Shown: positions 1 through 9,969, numbered from the stretch's first letter. The stretch is 64,000 nucleotides of DNA from Myxococcota bacterium (GCA_965250285.1 OZ252299.1:2720001-2784000), one strand, 5' to 3'. Notes: generated from the letters alone by a model not told the origin. A program made the numbers and translations.

Positions 1-5
1 TCGCC

Positions 6-1028
6 ATGAAGAAGATGTGGATCTCGCTGCTGCTGCTCCTCGCCCTCCCGGCGGGCTTCGGCCTCGCTGGCTGCGGGGGCGGCGGAGGCGGATCGGCCCC
101 AGACGGCTTCGCCGACGGCGACTGGGTTGCGAGCGAGATGTACGGCAACTCGATCTACAACAACGGCTCGAACACCTACGACTTCGTCCGCTTCGACCAG
201 ATCGAGTTCACGCTGTTCGACAACGCGATCGAAGGCACCGCGGTGGTGAACGAGGTCGACGCAGACGGCGTCATCGCGAACGCGAACGGCCAGAGCGCGG
301 GTGGCTGGACGGTGGGTGAATCGGTCTCGATCTTCGGGTCGCTGCGCGGCACCGAGGTGATGATCATCGCCGAGAACGGCGGCGGAGCCGAGTTTCAGAT
401 CATCGCCGCGCCGTTCGACGGCGATCTCCGCACCAGCTCGGGCGGCCGCGAGCTGGTTGCGGCCGAAACCCTCAGCGGCGCGGCCCAGACCAATGGCAGC
501 GGACACCAGCCGGGCGACGACAGCTACATCGAGGATCTCGAGCTGATCGGTGGTTTTTCGCGCTCGCCGCTCCCCCAGCGCGTGACGCTCGGCAGCGGCA
601 ACAGCGTGTACCGCGACGGCGCCTGGACGGGGAGCACCGACTGCTTCGAGACCCGTCGGGGCTCGGCCACGGCGGCCGGCAGCAGCGACTCGATCATCGA
701 GTTCGATCTCGACCTGACGTTCAGCGGCAACACGGTGAGCGGCATGGCCACGCTCACCGGGATCGACACCGAGCCCGACTGGAACGGCTTCCAGCCCGGC
801 GACACGTTCACGATCACCGGCGAGATCCGCGGCACCTACATCGAGATGTTCCTCGCGAGCGGCAGCTTCACGAAGCGCATCGACGCCGTGCGAACACCGA
901 ACCGGCCGCCGGGCACGGCCCCGCTCGGCGACGAGACGAGCCTCGACTCCGAGTACCCGCCCTCGTCGGACACGTCCGACTTCTACGCGGCCGCGTGTGA
1001 AGTCGACATCGCCTGGGACTCGATCTGA
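6..1028 (+). CDS. Putative lipoprotein of unknown function with two internal repeat domains
   Basis: Signal peptide MKKMWISLLLLLALPAGFGLAG-C with lipobox LAGC followed by a poly-Gly linker; acidic, beta-rich mature part with two similar halves. Confidence 0.75.
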   Translation: MKKMWISLLLLLALPAGFGLAGCGGGGGGSAPDGFADGDWVASEMYGNSIYNNGSNTYDFVRFDQIEFTLFDNAIEGTAVVNEVDADGVIANANGQSAGGWTVGESVSIFGSLRGTEVMIIAENGGGAEFQIIAAPFDGDLRTSSGGRELVAAETLSGAAQTNGSGHQPGDDSYIEDLELIGGFSRSPLPQRVTLGSGNSVYRDGAWTGSTDCFETRRGSATAAGSSDSIIEFDLDLTFSGNTVSGMATLTGIDTEPDWNGFQPGDTFTITGEIRGTYIEMFLASGSFTKRIDAVRTPNRPPGTAPLGDETSLDSEYPPSSDTSDFYAAACEVDIAWDSI

Positions 1029-1029
1029 A

Positions 1030-2169
1030 TCAGACGCCCGTGTTGCCGCGCTCTTCGAGGCGATCCGACCGCGGCTCACGCGCCGCGAGCTGACCGCAGG
1101 CGGCGTCGATGTCGCGACCCCGGTTGCGTCGCAGCGTGACTCGCACACCCGCATCGTGCAGCTCCGCCGTGAAACGGTCGACGACCGCGTCTTCGGGGGG
1201 CTGCTCGACTGCATCGGGGTGCGGGTTCATCGGGATCACGTTCACCTTCGACGGAATGCCGCGTAGCAGCTTCGCGAGGCGGCGCGCATCGGCGACTGAG
1301 TCGTTCACGTCCTTCATGAGCGTGTACTCGAAGAACACGGGCCGCTTCTTCGTGATGAGCGGCTCTTCGCGCAGCGTGCGCAGCAGCGCGTCGAGCGGAA
1401 ACCGCTTGTTGAGCGGCACGAGGACATCGCGCACGGCGTCGGTCGTCGCGTGCAGTGAGATCGCGAGATTGATCGGCCCGATCTCGAGCAGCGGCTTGAT
1501 CTTCGGCAGCACACCCGACGTCGAGACCGTCACGCGCCGAGGGGCCATCGCGAACGCCTTGGGGTCGGTGAGCAGGCGTACACTCTCGGTGACCGCCGGC
1601 AGGTTGAGCAGCGGCTCGCCCATCCCCATGAAGACGATGTTCGTGAGCGACTCGTCGTCATCGAGGGCCGCTCGGGCGTGACGAACCTGATCGACGATCT
1701 CGCCCGTCGTGAGGTTGCGCGTGAAGCCCAGCGCACCGGTCGCGCAGAACGAGCAGGCGAGCGGGCACCCGACCTGCGTCGAGACGCAGAGGGTATTGCG
1801 CCGCTCCTCGGGGATCAGCACCGCCTCGACCGCTTCGCCGTCGCGTGTGCACAGCAAGAGCTTGCGCGTGCCGTCGCGCGACTTCTGCACGCGCTCCACC
1901 TGCAAGGCCTCGGCGTCGTAGTCCTCGGCGAGGTGCGCGCGCAGCTCGGCCGGCAGGTTCGTCATGTCGGCCGGGTCCGACACGTCGTGGCGATAGAGCC
2001 AGTCGGCGACCTGATCGGCTCGGTACGCCGAATGGCCGGCGTCTTTCAGTCGCGCTCGCAGGGCGTCGCGCGAGAAGTCCTGCACGCAGGGCCGCTTCGG
2101 GCGCGTCCCACGGCCACCTCCGCCCTCGAGGTCGAGCGTCGCGATCGAGTCCGCCACAGGCTGGGTCAC
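1030..2169 (-). CDS. rlmN: 23S rRNA m2A2503 / tRNA m2A37 radical-SAM methyltransferase RlmN
   Basis: CVSTQVGCPLACSFCATG (CxxxCxxC), VFMGMGEP, RGRDIDAACGQL; GTG start at 2169 overlaps the trmB stop (GTGA). Confidence 0.95.
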   Translation of the reverse strand: MTQPVADSIATLDLEGGGGRGTRPKRPCVQDFSRDALRARLKDAGHSAYRADQVADWLYRHDVSDPADMTNLPAELRAHLAEDYDAEALQVERVQKSRDGTRKLLLCTRDGEAVEAVLIPEERRNTLCVSTQVGCPLACSFCATGALGFTRNLTTGEIVDQVRHARAALDDDESLTNIVFMGMGEPLLNLPAVTESVRLLTDPKAFAMAPRRVTVSTSGVLPKIKPLLEIGPINLAISLHATTDAVRDVLVPLNKRFPLDALLRTLREEPLITKKRPVFFEYTLMKDVNDSVADARRLAKLLRGIPSKVNVIPMNPHPDAVEQPPEDAVVDRFTAELHDAGVRVTLRRNRGRDIDAACGQLAAREPRSDRLEERGNTGV

Positions 2170-2849
2170 CCCGACACCTCGGCGTCGCCGACGCCCGGCG
2201 TGGCCTGCTCGACCGGTCGCGCATAGTCGAAGAAGTGCAGCGGACGCCCTTCGGCGCGCCACTCGGCCTCGTAGCCCGTGGTCGGTCGCCCCTCGACTTC
2301 GTCGAGCCAGCGCTCGGGCAGATGCAGATTGAGGAGCATCGACTCGCCCCGCATCACTTCGTCGATCTGCTCGGCGTAGGGCACGTCGTCGGTGGCGATG
2401 TGGAGCACCCCGCCGGGCTTGAGCGCCTCGGCGACGCTGCGCACGAACGCCGGCTGCACGAGGCGCCGCCTGGCGTGGCGGTCCTTGGGCCAGGGATCGG
2501 AGAAGTTGATCCAGACCTCGTCGACCGACCCCTTCGGCACGCCCTCGGCCATCACCATCTCGCCCCGCGCTTCGAGCACACGCACGTTCGTCAGCTCGGT
2601 TCGAGCGAGCTTGCGGGCCATCTTGAGCACCCGCTTGAACGACACCTCGACGCCGAGGAACGCGGTGTGCGGCGCGCGCGGCGCAATCTCGAGCAGAAAC
2701 TCGCCGCGGCCGAACCCGATCTCGACGACGAAGCGCTCGGGCGACTCGAGCTCGGGGCGAAACACGGCGAACGCGTCCTCGGGATCGAGGTCGGTCGTCG
2801 TGCGGCGCCAGTCGGCGCCCGGGATGTCGTACTTCAACGATCTCGGCAT
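2166..2849 (-). CDS. trmB: tRNA (guanine-N7) methyltransferase TrmB
   Basis: VEIGFGRGEF, FLGVE, INFSDPWPKDRHARRRLV, ATDDVPYA, TTGYE motifs; ATG at 2849. Confidence 0.93.
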   Translation of the reverse strand: MPRSLKYDIPGADWRRTTTDLDPEDAFAVFRPELESPERFVVEIGFGRGEFLLEIAPRAPHTAFLGVEVSFKRVLKMARKLARTELTNVRVLEARGEMVMAEGVPKGSVDEVWINFSDPWPKDRHARRRLVQPAFVRSVAEALKPGGVLHIATDDVPYAEQIDEVMRGESMLLNLHLPERWLDEVEGRPTTGYEAEWRAEGRPLHFFDYARPVEQATPGVGDAEVSG

Positions 2850-2904
2850 CACTCGCTTCTTCGCGGCTCGTGGCTCCGGCGAGTCTCGGCCGGGGGGCGC
2901 GCGC

Positions 2905-4503
2905 TCAGCTGCCCGTGAGCCAGCCGGTGAGACGTTCCCACGGCATGATCTGGGGCAGCACGCGGAATCGGGGGCGTTCGAGGTCGTGCAGCCCCGCGCG
3001 CCGGTGCGCCCGTCGGGTGGCTTCGAGGGGCCCGCCGAGCCGGTCGACGAGGCCGATCTCGAGGGCCCGCGCGCCGCTCCAGACCCGACCTTCTGCGATC
3101 CGCTCGACCGCCGCGCGGTCGAGCCGCCGACCGTCGGCCACGCGGCGCAGGAAGATATCGTAGATCGCGCCCAGCTCGCGCCGCAGCAGCCGGCGTTCGG
3201 GCGGGCTGAAGCCCCGATCCTCTGAGAAGAGCCCCGAGCGAGCCCCCCGCTCGACGGTCTCCTTGACGATGCCCAGGCGCTCGTAGAGCTTCGACAGATC
3301 GAGCTTGCCGCCGACGACCCCGATCGAGCCGGTGATCGATGCGTCTTCGGCGTGGATCTCCTCGGCGGCCGCAGCGAGGTAGTAGCCGCCCGACGCGGCG
3401 ACATCGGCCAGGCTCGCGACGACGGGCTTCTCTTCGCGCAGGCGCACGAGCTCGCGATGCATGAGATCGGAGGCGAGCGCGTCGCCCCCGGGCGAATCGA
3501 TGCGCAGCACGACGGCCCGAACGGCGGGGTCGGTGCGCAGCGCCTCGGCCGTGCGTCGAAACGCATCGAGTGAGATTCCGCTGCGCGGGCCGCTGCCGAT
3601 CGAGCCGGCGAGCACCCAGTACGCGATGTCGACGGCGCGGCCGTAGGGGCCGGTGGTGCCGTCCCAGGCGCGCACGTCGAGGGCGAGGTAGCGCGCGCCT
3701 TCGACGACCCGGGTCTCGCGTACGGCGCGGCGCCCCGGTCGATCGCGCCCCGGCGTGAGTCGGGCCTCGACCTGATCGGCGTAGCAACACGCGTCGATCA
3801 GACCGGCATCGAGGGCGACGCGGGCGGGAAAGAGCGCTTCGTCCACGAGGTCGTGGACGCGCGCCGTGTCGAGGCCCCGCCCTTCGGCGATGGCCGCGAC
3901 GAGCGACTCGAAGACCGTGTCCTGCAGGGCGCCGATCTGCTCGCGCTGAGGATCGCTCATGCCCCGACGCGTCGCGGGCTCGGCGGCCGTCTTGTAGCGA
4001 CCGACGTGGACGACGTCGGGCCGCACGTCGATCGAATCGAGGAAGTCCTTGAAGTAGAGCTGCTCGGATCGCAGGCCGAGCAGGTTCAGGCGCGCGCTCT
4101 CGGGCGCGAGGATCTCGTCGCAGCGCGCCGCCAGTGCGTACTGCATGAGACCGGGCCCATCGAGCCAGGCGACGACCCGCTTGCCCTCGGCTCGAAACGC
4201 GTCGATCGCGCGACGCAAGGCCGCGCCGGCGCTCGGGCTCCGCCCTTCACCGCGCAGCTCGAGCCAGATGCCCGCCACGCGCGGGTCGTGCGCTGCATGG
4301 TCGAATACGCGCAGCCAGTCGAGCAGCGCCGGCTTCGGAGCGCCGCCGGAAAGGCCCGAGACGCCGAGCTCGTCTGGCGCGCCGTCGATGCGGATGTGCA
4401 GCCAGTGCCCGCCGGTGGGCGCGAGCGCCGAGCCGCGTAGACGACGGCGCACCCCGCGCCAGCCGCCGGCGAGTCGCTTGGGCCAGGCCGATGCCGTCGC
4501 CAC
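2905..4503 (-). CDS. sppA: Signal peptide peptidase SppA (peptidase S49, two-domain form)
   Basis: GRYKTAAEP in the N-domain; RIDSPGG, AASGGYY, TGSIGV, EGRVWSG and GLVDRLGG in the C-domain. Confidence 0.88.
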   Translation of the reverse strand: MATASAWPKRLAGGWRGVRRRLRGSALAPTGGHWLHIRIDGAPDELGVSGLSGGAPKPALLDWLRVFDHAAHDPRVAGIWLELRGEGRSPSAGAALRRAIDAFRAEGKRVVAWLDGPGLMQYALAARCDEILAPESARLNLLGLRSEQLYFKDFLDSIDVRPDVVHVGRYKTAAEPATRRGMSDPQREQIGALQDTVFESLVAAIAEGRGLDTARVHDLVDEALFPARVALDAGLIDACCYADQVEARLTPGRDRPGRRAVRETRVVEGARYLALDVRAWDGTTGPYGRAVDIAYWVLAGSIGSGPRSGISLDAFRRTAEALRTDPAVRAVVLRIDSPGGDALASDLMHRELVRLREEKPVVASLADVAASGGYYLAAAAEEIHAEDASITGSIGVVGGKLDLSKLYERLGIVKETVERGARSGLFSEDRGFSPPERRLLRRELGAIYDIFLRRVADGRRLDRAAVERIAEGRVWSGARALEIGLVDRLGGPLEATRRAHRRAGLHDLERPRFRVLPQIMPWERLTGWLTGS

Positions 4504-4506
4504 CCG

Positions 4507-6138
4507 TCAGCTCCGCCGCACCCGGCGATGCGAGATGTAGTCGACCATCAGAAACGAGCCGAGCTGATGAGGCTGCGTGTAGAAGGCGCGGCCCCGATTG
4601 ATCTGGGTCATGCGCTCGACGAAGCCGACGAGCTCGGGCGCATCGTCGAGCATGAACGTGTTGATCGTGACGCCCTGCTGCGTGATGCGCTTCACCTGCT
4701 TGAGTGTCTCGGCCACCGCATGCGGCGAGATGCCGCCCATGCCCATGGGCCACTCGACGCGAAGTTGGCCGTCGTCGAAGTAGGCGGTCGGCTGGCCGTC
4801 CGTGATCACGATGATCTGGGGCGACGCGCAGGGGAACCGGTGGATGACGTCTTCCGCCACCATGAGCCCTTCCTGAAGATTCGTGAACGGATCGCCCATG
4901 TCCCAGCAGACCTCGGGCAGCTCGCGAATCTTGAGCTCGCGCGCGCGGGTCGAGAAACCGACGACCGCGAAGTGGTCGCGGGGGAAGCGCGTCCGAACCA
5001 GCTGATCCATTGCGAGCGCGACGCGCTTGGCCGCGGGGAACCGATCGGCCCAGCTCATCGACCAGCTCATGTCCAGCAGCAGCACCGTGGTCGTCTGGGT
5101 CGAGAAATCCATCTGGCGGATCTCGAAGTCTTCGATCTCGAGGCGCACGCGCTGCAGCCCCGTATCGACATCGGTCTCGGTCCCGCCCCGCTTCACGCCG
5201 TTCATGAGCGTCTTGACGATGTCGACGTCGAGGGGGTCGCCAAACTGCCAGGGCTTGGTCTCGTCGGGCCGCGGCGTCGCCGCGCCGTAGCTCGGCGTGT
5301 CGTGCTCGCCCCCGAGGCCCTTGCGCAGCTGGTTGTAGACGTCGGCGAGCGCCGAAGCGCCGATCTGCCGAATCGCCCGTGGCGTGAGCTCGCCGTCTCG
5401 CAGCAGCCCGGCCTGAGAGAAGTTCGATTCGAGGTCGCGAATGAGGATGAAGGACTGCGCGGCGGGGTCACCGAGCATCTCGCGCAGCTCGTCGGGCGAG
5501 ATGGGCTCGAAGTCGCCGTTCTCGAGGGCCTGGGCCATCTGCTCGAGGGCCTCGATCTGCTCGCGCACCTCCTGGGCCGTCTCGTAGTCGGCCTGCTGTG
5601 CGCCGCGAAAGCGCTGGCCCTGCTGCTCGAGGAACTCTTCGAGGGCGCGGAGCTGGTCGAGCTCTTCGAGCAGCTCGGCGAACTCATCGCCCGCTTCGCC
5701 GTCGGCGAAGTCGTGATCGCGAAAGCGCTCGACCGCATCGGCGAGCTTGGTGTCACCGGCGTGCCGCTTGTTCATGAAGTCGTTGTGCGCCTGCGACTCG
5801 TGGCCGTGCTGATCGGTCTGGGCCTGCTGCTCGCGGTCCATGATGTCTTCGAAGCGCTGGCGCAGCTCGTCGGTCGCCTGGCTCATGTCGTACTGGTCGT
5901 AGAGCTCGCGCGCCTGGTCGCGCAGCTCTCGCACCATCTCGTCGAGGCCCATGACGCGCATGTTCATGCCCGCCATCTCGAAGCCCTGACGCCGCATCCA
6001 CTCGAGGGCCTCGCGAGCGTCCAGCCCCTCCATCATCAGATCAGAGAGCGCGTCGAGGGCGCTCTTCACGTCCATGGAGAACTCGGCCTGCTGGCCATCC
6101 CAGCGGCTGTACCGAACTGCGCGATCGAGGCGTCTCAT
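4507..6138 (-). CDS. VWA (von Willebrand factor A) domain protein, partner of the adjacent AAA+ ATPase
   Basis: N-terminal RYSRWDG, coiled-coil middle region, MIDAS DMSWSM, TNLQEGL, ITDGQPTA. Confidence 0.85.
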   Translation of the reverse strand: MRRLDRAVRYSRWDGQQAEFSMDVKSALDALSDLMMEGLDAREALEWMRRQGFEMAGMNMRVMGLDEMVRELRDQARELYDQYDMSQATDELRQRFEDIMDREQQAQTDQHGHESQAHNDFMNKRHAGDTKLADAVERFRDHDFADGEAGDEFAELLEELDQLRALEEFLEQQGQRFRGAQQADYETAQEVREQIEALEQMAQALENGDFEPISPDELREMLGDPAAQSFILIRDLESNFSQAGLLRDGELTPRAIRQIGASALADVYNQLRKGLGGEHDTPSYGAATPRPDETKPWQFGDPLDVDIVKTLMNGVKRGGTETDVDTGLQRVRLEIEDFEIRQMDFSTQTTTVLLLDMSWSMSWADRFPAAKRVALAMDQLVRTRFPRDHFAVVGFSTRARELKIRELPEVCWDMGDPFTNLQEGLMVAEDVIHRFPCASPQIIVITDGQPTAYFDDGQLRVEWPMGMGGISPHAVAETLKQVKRITQQGVTINTFMLDDAPELVGFVERMTQINRGRAFYTQPHQLGSFLMVDYISHRRVRRS

Positions 6139-6233
6139 CGGCTCATCTCCCGGGCCAGCACCCGCCCCCGCCCTGGGCGGGCTTCGCTTCGATGCCGACG
6201 CTCGCGTTGCACGTGCAAGCGAACGCCCTCCCC

Positions 6234-7655
6234 TCACGCCGCCTGGTAGCGGGGTCCGTTCTCGCCGTCACTCTTGTTGAGCTGGTTGTGCAGGTGCAGC
6301 CCTTCGAGGATGAACTCGATCGCGCTCGCGAGCTGCGCCGACGAATCGCCCCCGGCGAGCTGGGCCGCCGCGTCGCGCAGGCCCGGGATCTCGTCGAGCC
6401 CATCGAGGTAGTCGGCCGCCTTCATCATCGGCCCGACCTCGACCTGCCAGCCCTGGTTGAATGCCTCGACGACCGTGGCCAGGCCCTCGCTCGTCAGCAG
6501 CTCGTCGAAGACCCGGCGCGTCGCGCGCCGAAGCAGCCCCTCGATGATCTCTTCTTCAGCGGTGTCGGCCCCGGCGTACTCGAGCTCGATCTTGCCCTGG
6601 GTCGAAGCGAGCAGAGCCGCGAGATCGGAGACCCGGGGCACCGCCTCGGGCTCGCCGAGGCGCAGCGCCCGGCGCAGTGCGTTGGCGAGCAGGGTTTCGT
6701 AGTTCGCCACCGTCATTCGCACGCTCACCCCCGACGCCTGAGCGATGTCGGGCGAGCTGCGCGCCTCGAACGTGATCTCGGCGACGATCGACTCCATGAA
6801 CGGCGGCAGGTGCAGGTCGATGCCCGACAGCTCGGGCACGTGCGCCTCCTGCCGCGCGATGGCGAGCTCGGTGTCTCGATCGGCGGGATAGTGCGTGCGG
6901 ATCTGGGCGGCGTAGCGATCCTTGAGCGGCGTGATGATGCGACCCCGGCTCGTGTAGTCCTCGGGGTTCGCGCTCGCGACCACCAGGATGTCGAGCGGCA
7001 GTCGCACCTGGTGGCCCTTGATCTGCACGTCGCGCTCTTCGAGCACGTTGAAGAGACCGACCTGCACCTTCTCGGTCAGATCGGGCAGCTCGTTGATGCA
7101 GAAGATGCCGCGATGGCAGCGCGGCAAAAGGCCGAAGTGAATCGTGTACTCGTCCGAGAGATGCCGTCCCTCGGCCACCTTGATCGGATCGATGTCACCG
7201 ATCAGATCGGCCACCGAAACGTCGGGGGTGGCGAGCTTCTCGGCGTAGCGATCGCTCGAGGCGAGCCACGTGATCGGCGTCGCGTCACCCTGCTCGGCGA
7301 CGAGCGCCTTGGCGTGCGCCGAGATCGGGTCGAAGGGGTCGTCATTCACCTCGCTGCCCGCCACGACGGGCACCCAGGGATCGAGCAGGCTGGTCAGCGC
7401 GCGAATCATCCGCGACTTGGCCTGACCGCGTTCGCCCAGAAAGATCAGGTCGTGGCCGCAGAGCAGCGCGTTCTGCACCGCCGGCACCACCGTCTCTTCA
7501 TACCCGAGGATGCCGGGAAAGAGTGGCTCGCCCCCGCGCAGATGCTGTTCGAGGTTCGCCAGGATCTCGGCGCGGAGCGACCTCGGTGACCAGCCGCTCG
7601 CTTTGAGCTCGCCGAGGGTTCGCGGTTCGGGCGGAGAAGAGGACACCTGGGTCAT
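6234..7655 (-). CDS. Mg-chelatase-like/MoxR-like AAA+ ATPase
   Basis: Variant Walker A LGERGQAKSR, Walker B INELPDL, ASANPEDYTSRGRIITPLKDR. Confidence 0.85.
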   Translation of the reverse strand: MTQVSSSPPEPRTLGELKASGWSPRSLRAEILANLEQHLRGGEPLFPGILGYEETVVPAVQNALLCGHDLIFLGERGQAKSRMIRALTSLLDPWVPVVAGSEVNDDPFDPISAHAKALVAEQGDATPITWLASSDRYAEKLATPDVSVADLIGDIDPIKVAEGRHLSDEYTIHFGLLPRCHRGIFCINELPDLTEKVQVGLFNVLEERDVQIKGHQVRLPLDILVVASANPEDYTSRGRIITPLKDRYAAQIRTHYPADRDTELAIARQEAHVPELSGIDLHLPPFMESIVAEITFEARSSPDIAQASGVSVRMTVANYETLLANALRRALRLGEPEAVPRVSDLAALLASTQGKIELEYAGADTAEEEIIEGLLRRATRRVFDELLTSEGLATVVEAFNQGWQVEVGPMMKAADYLDGLDEIPGLRDAAAQLAGGDSSAQLASAIEFILEGLHLHNQLNKSDGENGPRYQAA

Positions 7656-7792
7656 GGGGGCTCCACGGCTTTGGGGGGCGAAGCGTGGCCCGGGCTCGGG
7701 CCCGGAACGCGCAGCGCTCCGGCGAGTGTACCGCCACCCCTGCGATGTCGAGCCGTACGATCGCTCGGCGGCCGGAGGCCGCGTGGCGCCGG

Positions 7793-8989
7793 CTAGTCGC
7801 CCGTCGCGCCCTTCCGCGCGAGCTTGCGCAGTCGCTCGACGACGTGGCGGATCACGAGCAGCACCGAGCCTTCGAGGCTCACGTTCTCGATGATCGGCAC
7901 GTCCTCATGGTCGGCGTGCTCGAGCAGGTAGTCCTGGATCTCGAGGATCTCATCGAGCCCCTCGATGTAGCGTCGCGGCCGGCGATTGGTCTCGCGCTCG
8001 GCCCGCGCCGCGAACTGGGCGCGCATCGCATCGGGATCGAAGCGCGCGACGACCTGAAAGTAGACGTGAGCGTCCCCTTCGTACGACGACAGATCGATCA
8101 GCCCGGGCACGAGTGACACGCCGTCGAGCACGAGCGATGCGTTCTCTTCGACCGCTCGGTCGATGATCGCCCGAACGCCCACGGCAACGGCCGACGCCTG
8201 CGCGAGGAAGCCCTCGATGACCGCGTCCTCGCCCCCGGCGAGACTCGGCAGCTCGCGATGGGCCGTGAACGATGAAGCGTGCAGCGTGGGCATCAGATCG
8301 GACGACAGCATGATGCGCATGACCTGGCGGATCGCGTCGGTCGAGAGCACGCGACTGATACCGAGCCGACGCGCTACCTCGAGCGCGATCGTCGTCTTGC
8401 CGACGCCGGCTGTCCCTCCGAGCAGAATGATCACCGGGCGCTGCGGCTGCTGGAACTCGCGCCACACGTCGTAGCGACCGGCGGTGCGCGCGCCGTAGCT
8501 CACTTCGAGCTCGCCATGGGCGAGGCTCCGGAGATCGCCGCGGTCGATCTGTCTCCGCCCATCGACCCGCAGCTGCCGCTCGATGCGGGCCGCGACCTCG
8601 TGTGCATCCGCCGGCTCGATCGAGGCGGCGAGCAGCGACTGCGCCAGGATGGCCTTCGAGAACGGTTCGGCGCTCGAGCCATCGACGACTTCGAGGGTGG
8701 GCGGCACGGGCATCGGGGGCTGGTGCGGGTACTCATTGCCGAGCACCTCTTCGACGAAGTCGGCCAGCTCGGCGCGCGGCACCTCGGCGCGCCCCTTGAT
8801 CTTCTCGCGGACGTGCTCCGCAGTCGCAAGCGCATCTTCGAAGGGCACGCCGCGGGCCATCAGGGAGTGCACCATGATGCCCCGCATGAAGGGGCGCCTC
8901 GCATCGCCAGAGAGGACCAGCGTCCGACGGCTCTCCCCCTCGGGCGAGCCGCCGCGGCCGTTCGCCTTGTCCTTTCTGCGGGTCGACAT
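7793..8989 (-). CDS. 2-phosphoglycerate kinase-like P-loop kinase with two N-terminal ATP-cone-like repeats
   Basis: PFMRGIMVHSL and PFSKAILAQSL repeats; IILLGGTAGVGKTT; STDAIRQVMR; LHASSF; LDGVSLVPG. Confidence 0.75.
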   Translation of the reverse strand: MSTRRKDKANGRGGSPEGESRRTLVLSGDARRPFMRGIMVHSLMARGVPFEDALATAEHVREKIKGRAEVPRAELADFVEEVLGNEYPHQPPMPVPPTLEVVDGSSAEPFSKAILAQSLLAASIEPADAHEVAARIERQLRVDGRRQIDRGDLRSLAHGELEVSYGARTAGRYDVWREFQQPQRPVIILLGGTAGVGKTTIALEVARRLGISRVLSTDAIRQVMRIMLSSDLMPTLHASSFTAHRELPSLAGGEDAVIEGFLAQASAVAVGVRAIIDRAVEENASLVLDGVSLVPGLIDLSSYEGDAHVYFQVVARFDPDAMRAQFAARAERETNRRPRRYIEGLDEILEIQDYLLEHADHEDVPIIENVSLEGSVLLVIRHVVERLRKLARKGATGD

Positions 8990-9426
8990 CGGGGCAGACT
9001 ACCGTGACCGCGGGTCCGAGACGAATCGAGCCCGACGCGACCGCGACCGTACCCCCGGGTGAACGCCCAAGTGCGTCTTCGCGAAATGCCCGAAACCCGA
9101 CAAAAACCGGGCGTGTTGGGTTGACTTGCGACGCGGATGGCCCTTTCCTGCCGGGTAAGAGGGGTGGACCGCCCCGCGCCCTCCCCCCGAACCAAATTCG
9201 GGCGCAGCGGTCCCGTCCACGCTCGACCTCCGTCCTCATCCTCTGCCGCCCGGCGACGGATCGCCGCTCGACGACAGAAGGCATGAGTGACCCGCGGCGC
9301 AGCAACGCGGACGCAGGGTCAGACGGTCGAGCGATGGACGCGTGAGAAAGGGGTCGCGACGGGCTTCGCCCGGCGCGATTCGAGTGAGGTCAGCGTCGAC
9401 CGATCGACGCACGGGTGGGGGGACCG

Positions 9427-9969
9427 ATGAGCGAGCAGACCCAGCGCGCGCGAACACCGAAGAAGGAAGTCCGCGCCGCTCCCTGCGATGAAGACGACGC
9501 GCAGGCGCGCAGCGCCGTGCCGAAGCACGAGTACCGCCCGCAAGAGGTGGTGCAGATTCTGGGCGTCACGCGACGTCAGCTGCAGTACTGGGCGCAGACC
9601 GATCTGGTCGTTCCCTCGGCGCGGACCCGCGGCGGACACCACCGCTACACCTTCGACGATCTCGTCGCGCTGAAGGCGACCAAGCGCCTGATCGACGCGG
9701 GTGTCTCGGTGCAGCGGATCCGCAGCAGCATCCAGGCTCTCCGGCAGATGCTCCCGCAGATCGAGCGGCCGCTCACCGAGCTCGTGCTCGTCGCGACGGG
9801 CGACGTCGTGCTCGTCTTCCGCGAAGACAGCGCGTTCGAAGCGGTGACCGGACAGGAGTGGGTCTTCGAGGTCGCGCGGTTCCAGCGCGAGCTCGAGAAG
9901 TGGCACGACCTTCGGCGGGCGCGCCCCGTGCGGCGCGCCGGCGCAGGAGGAGTGAGCCGGTCCGCGTGA
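9427..9969 (+). CDS. MerR-family HTH transcriptional regulator
   Basis: YRPQEVVQILGVTRRQLQYWAQTDLVVPS...HRYTFDDLVALKATKRLIDAGVSVQRIR. Confidence 0.88.
   Translation: MSEQTQRARTPKKEVRAAPCDEDDAQARSAVPKHEYRPQEVVQILGVTRRQLQYWAQTDLVVPSARTRGGHHRYTFDDLVALKATKRLIDAGVSVQRIRSSIQALRQMLPQIERPLTELVLVATGDVVLVFREDSAFEAVTGQEWVFEVARFQRELEKWHDLRRARPVRRAGAGGVSRSA

Noticed and set aside
6234..7655. Chlorophyll or cobalamin chelatase subunit
   Set aside because: No chelatase H/N subunit or tetrapyrrole genes nearby; it fits the generic AAA+/VWA pair
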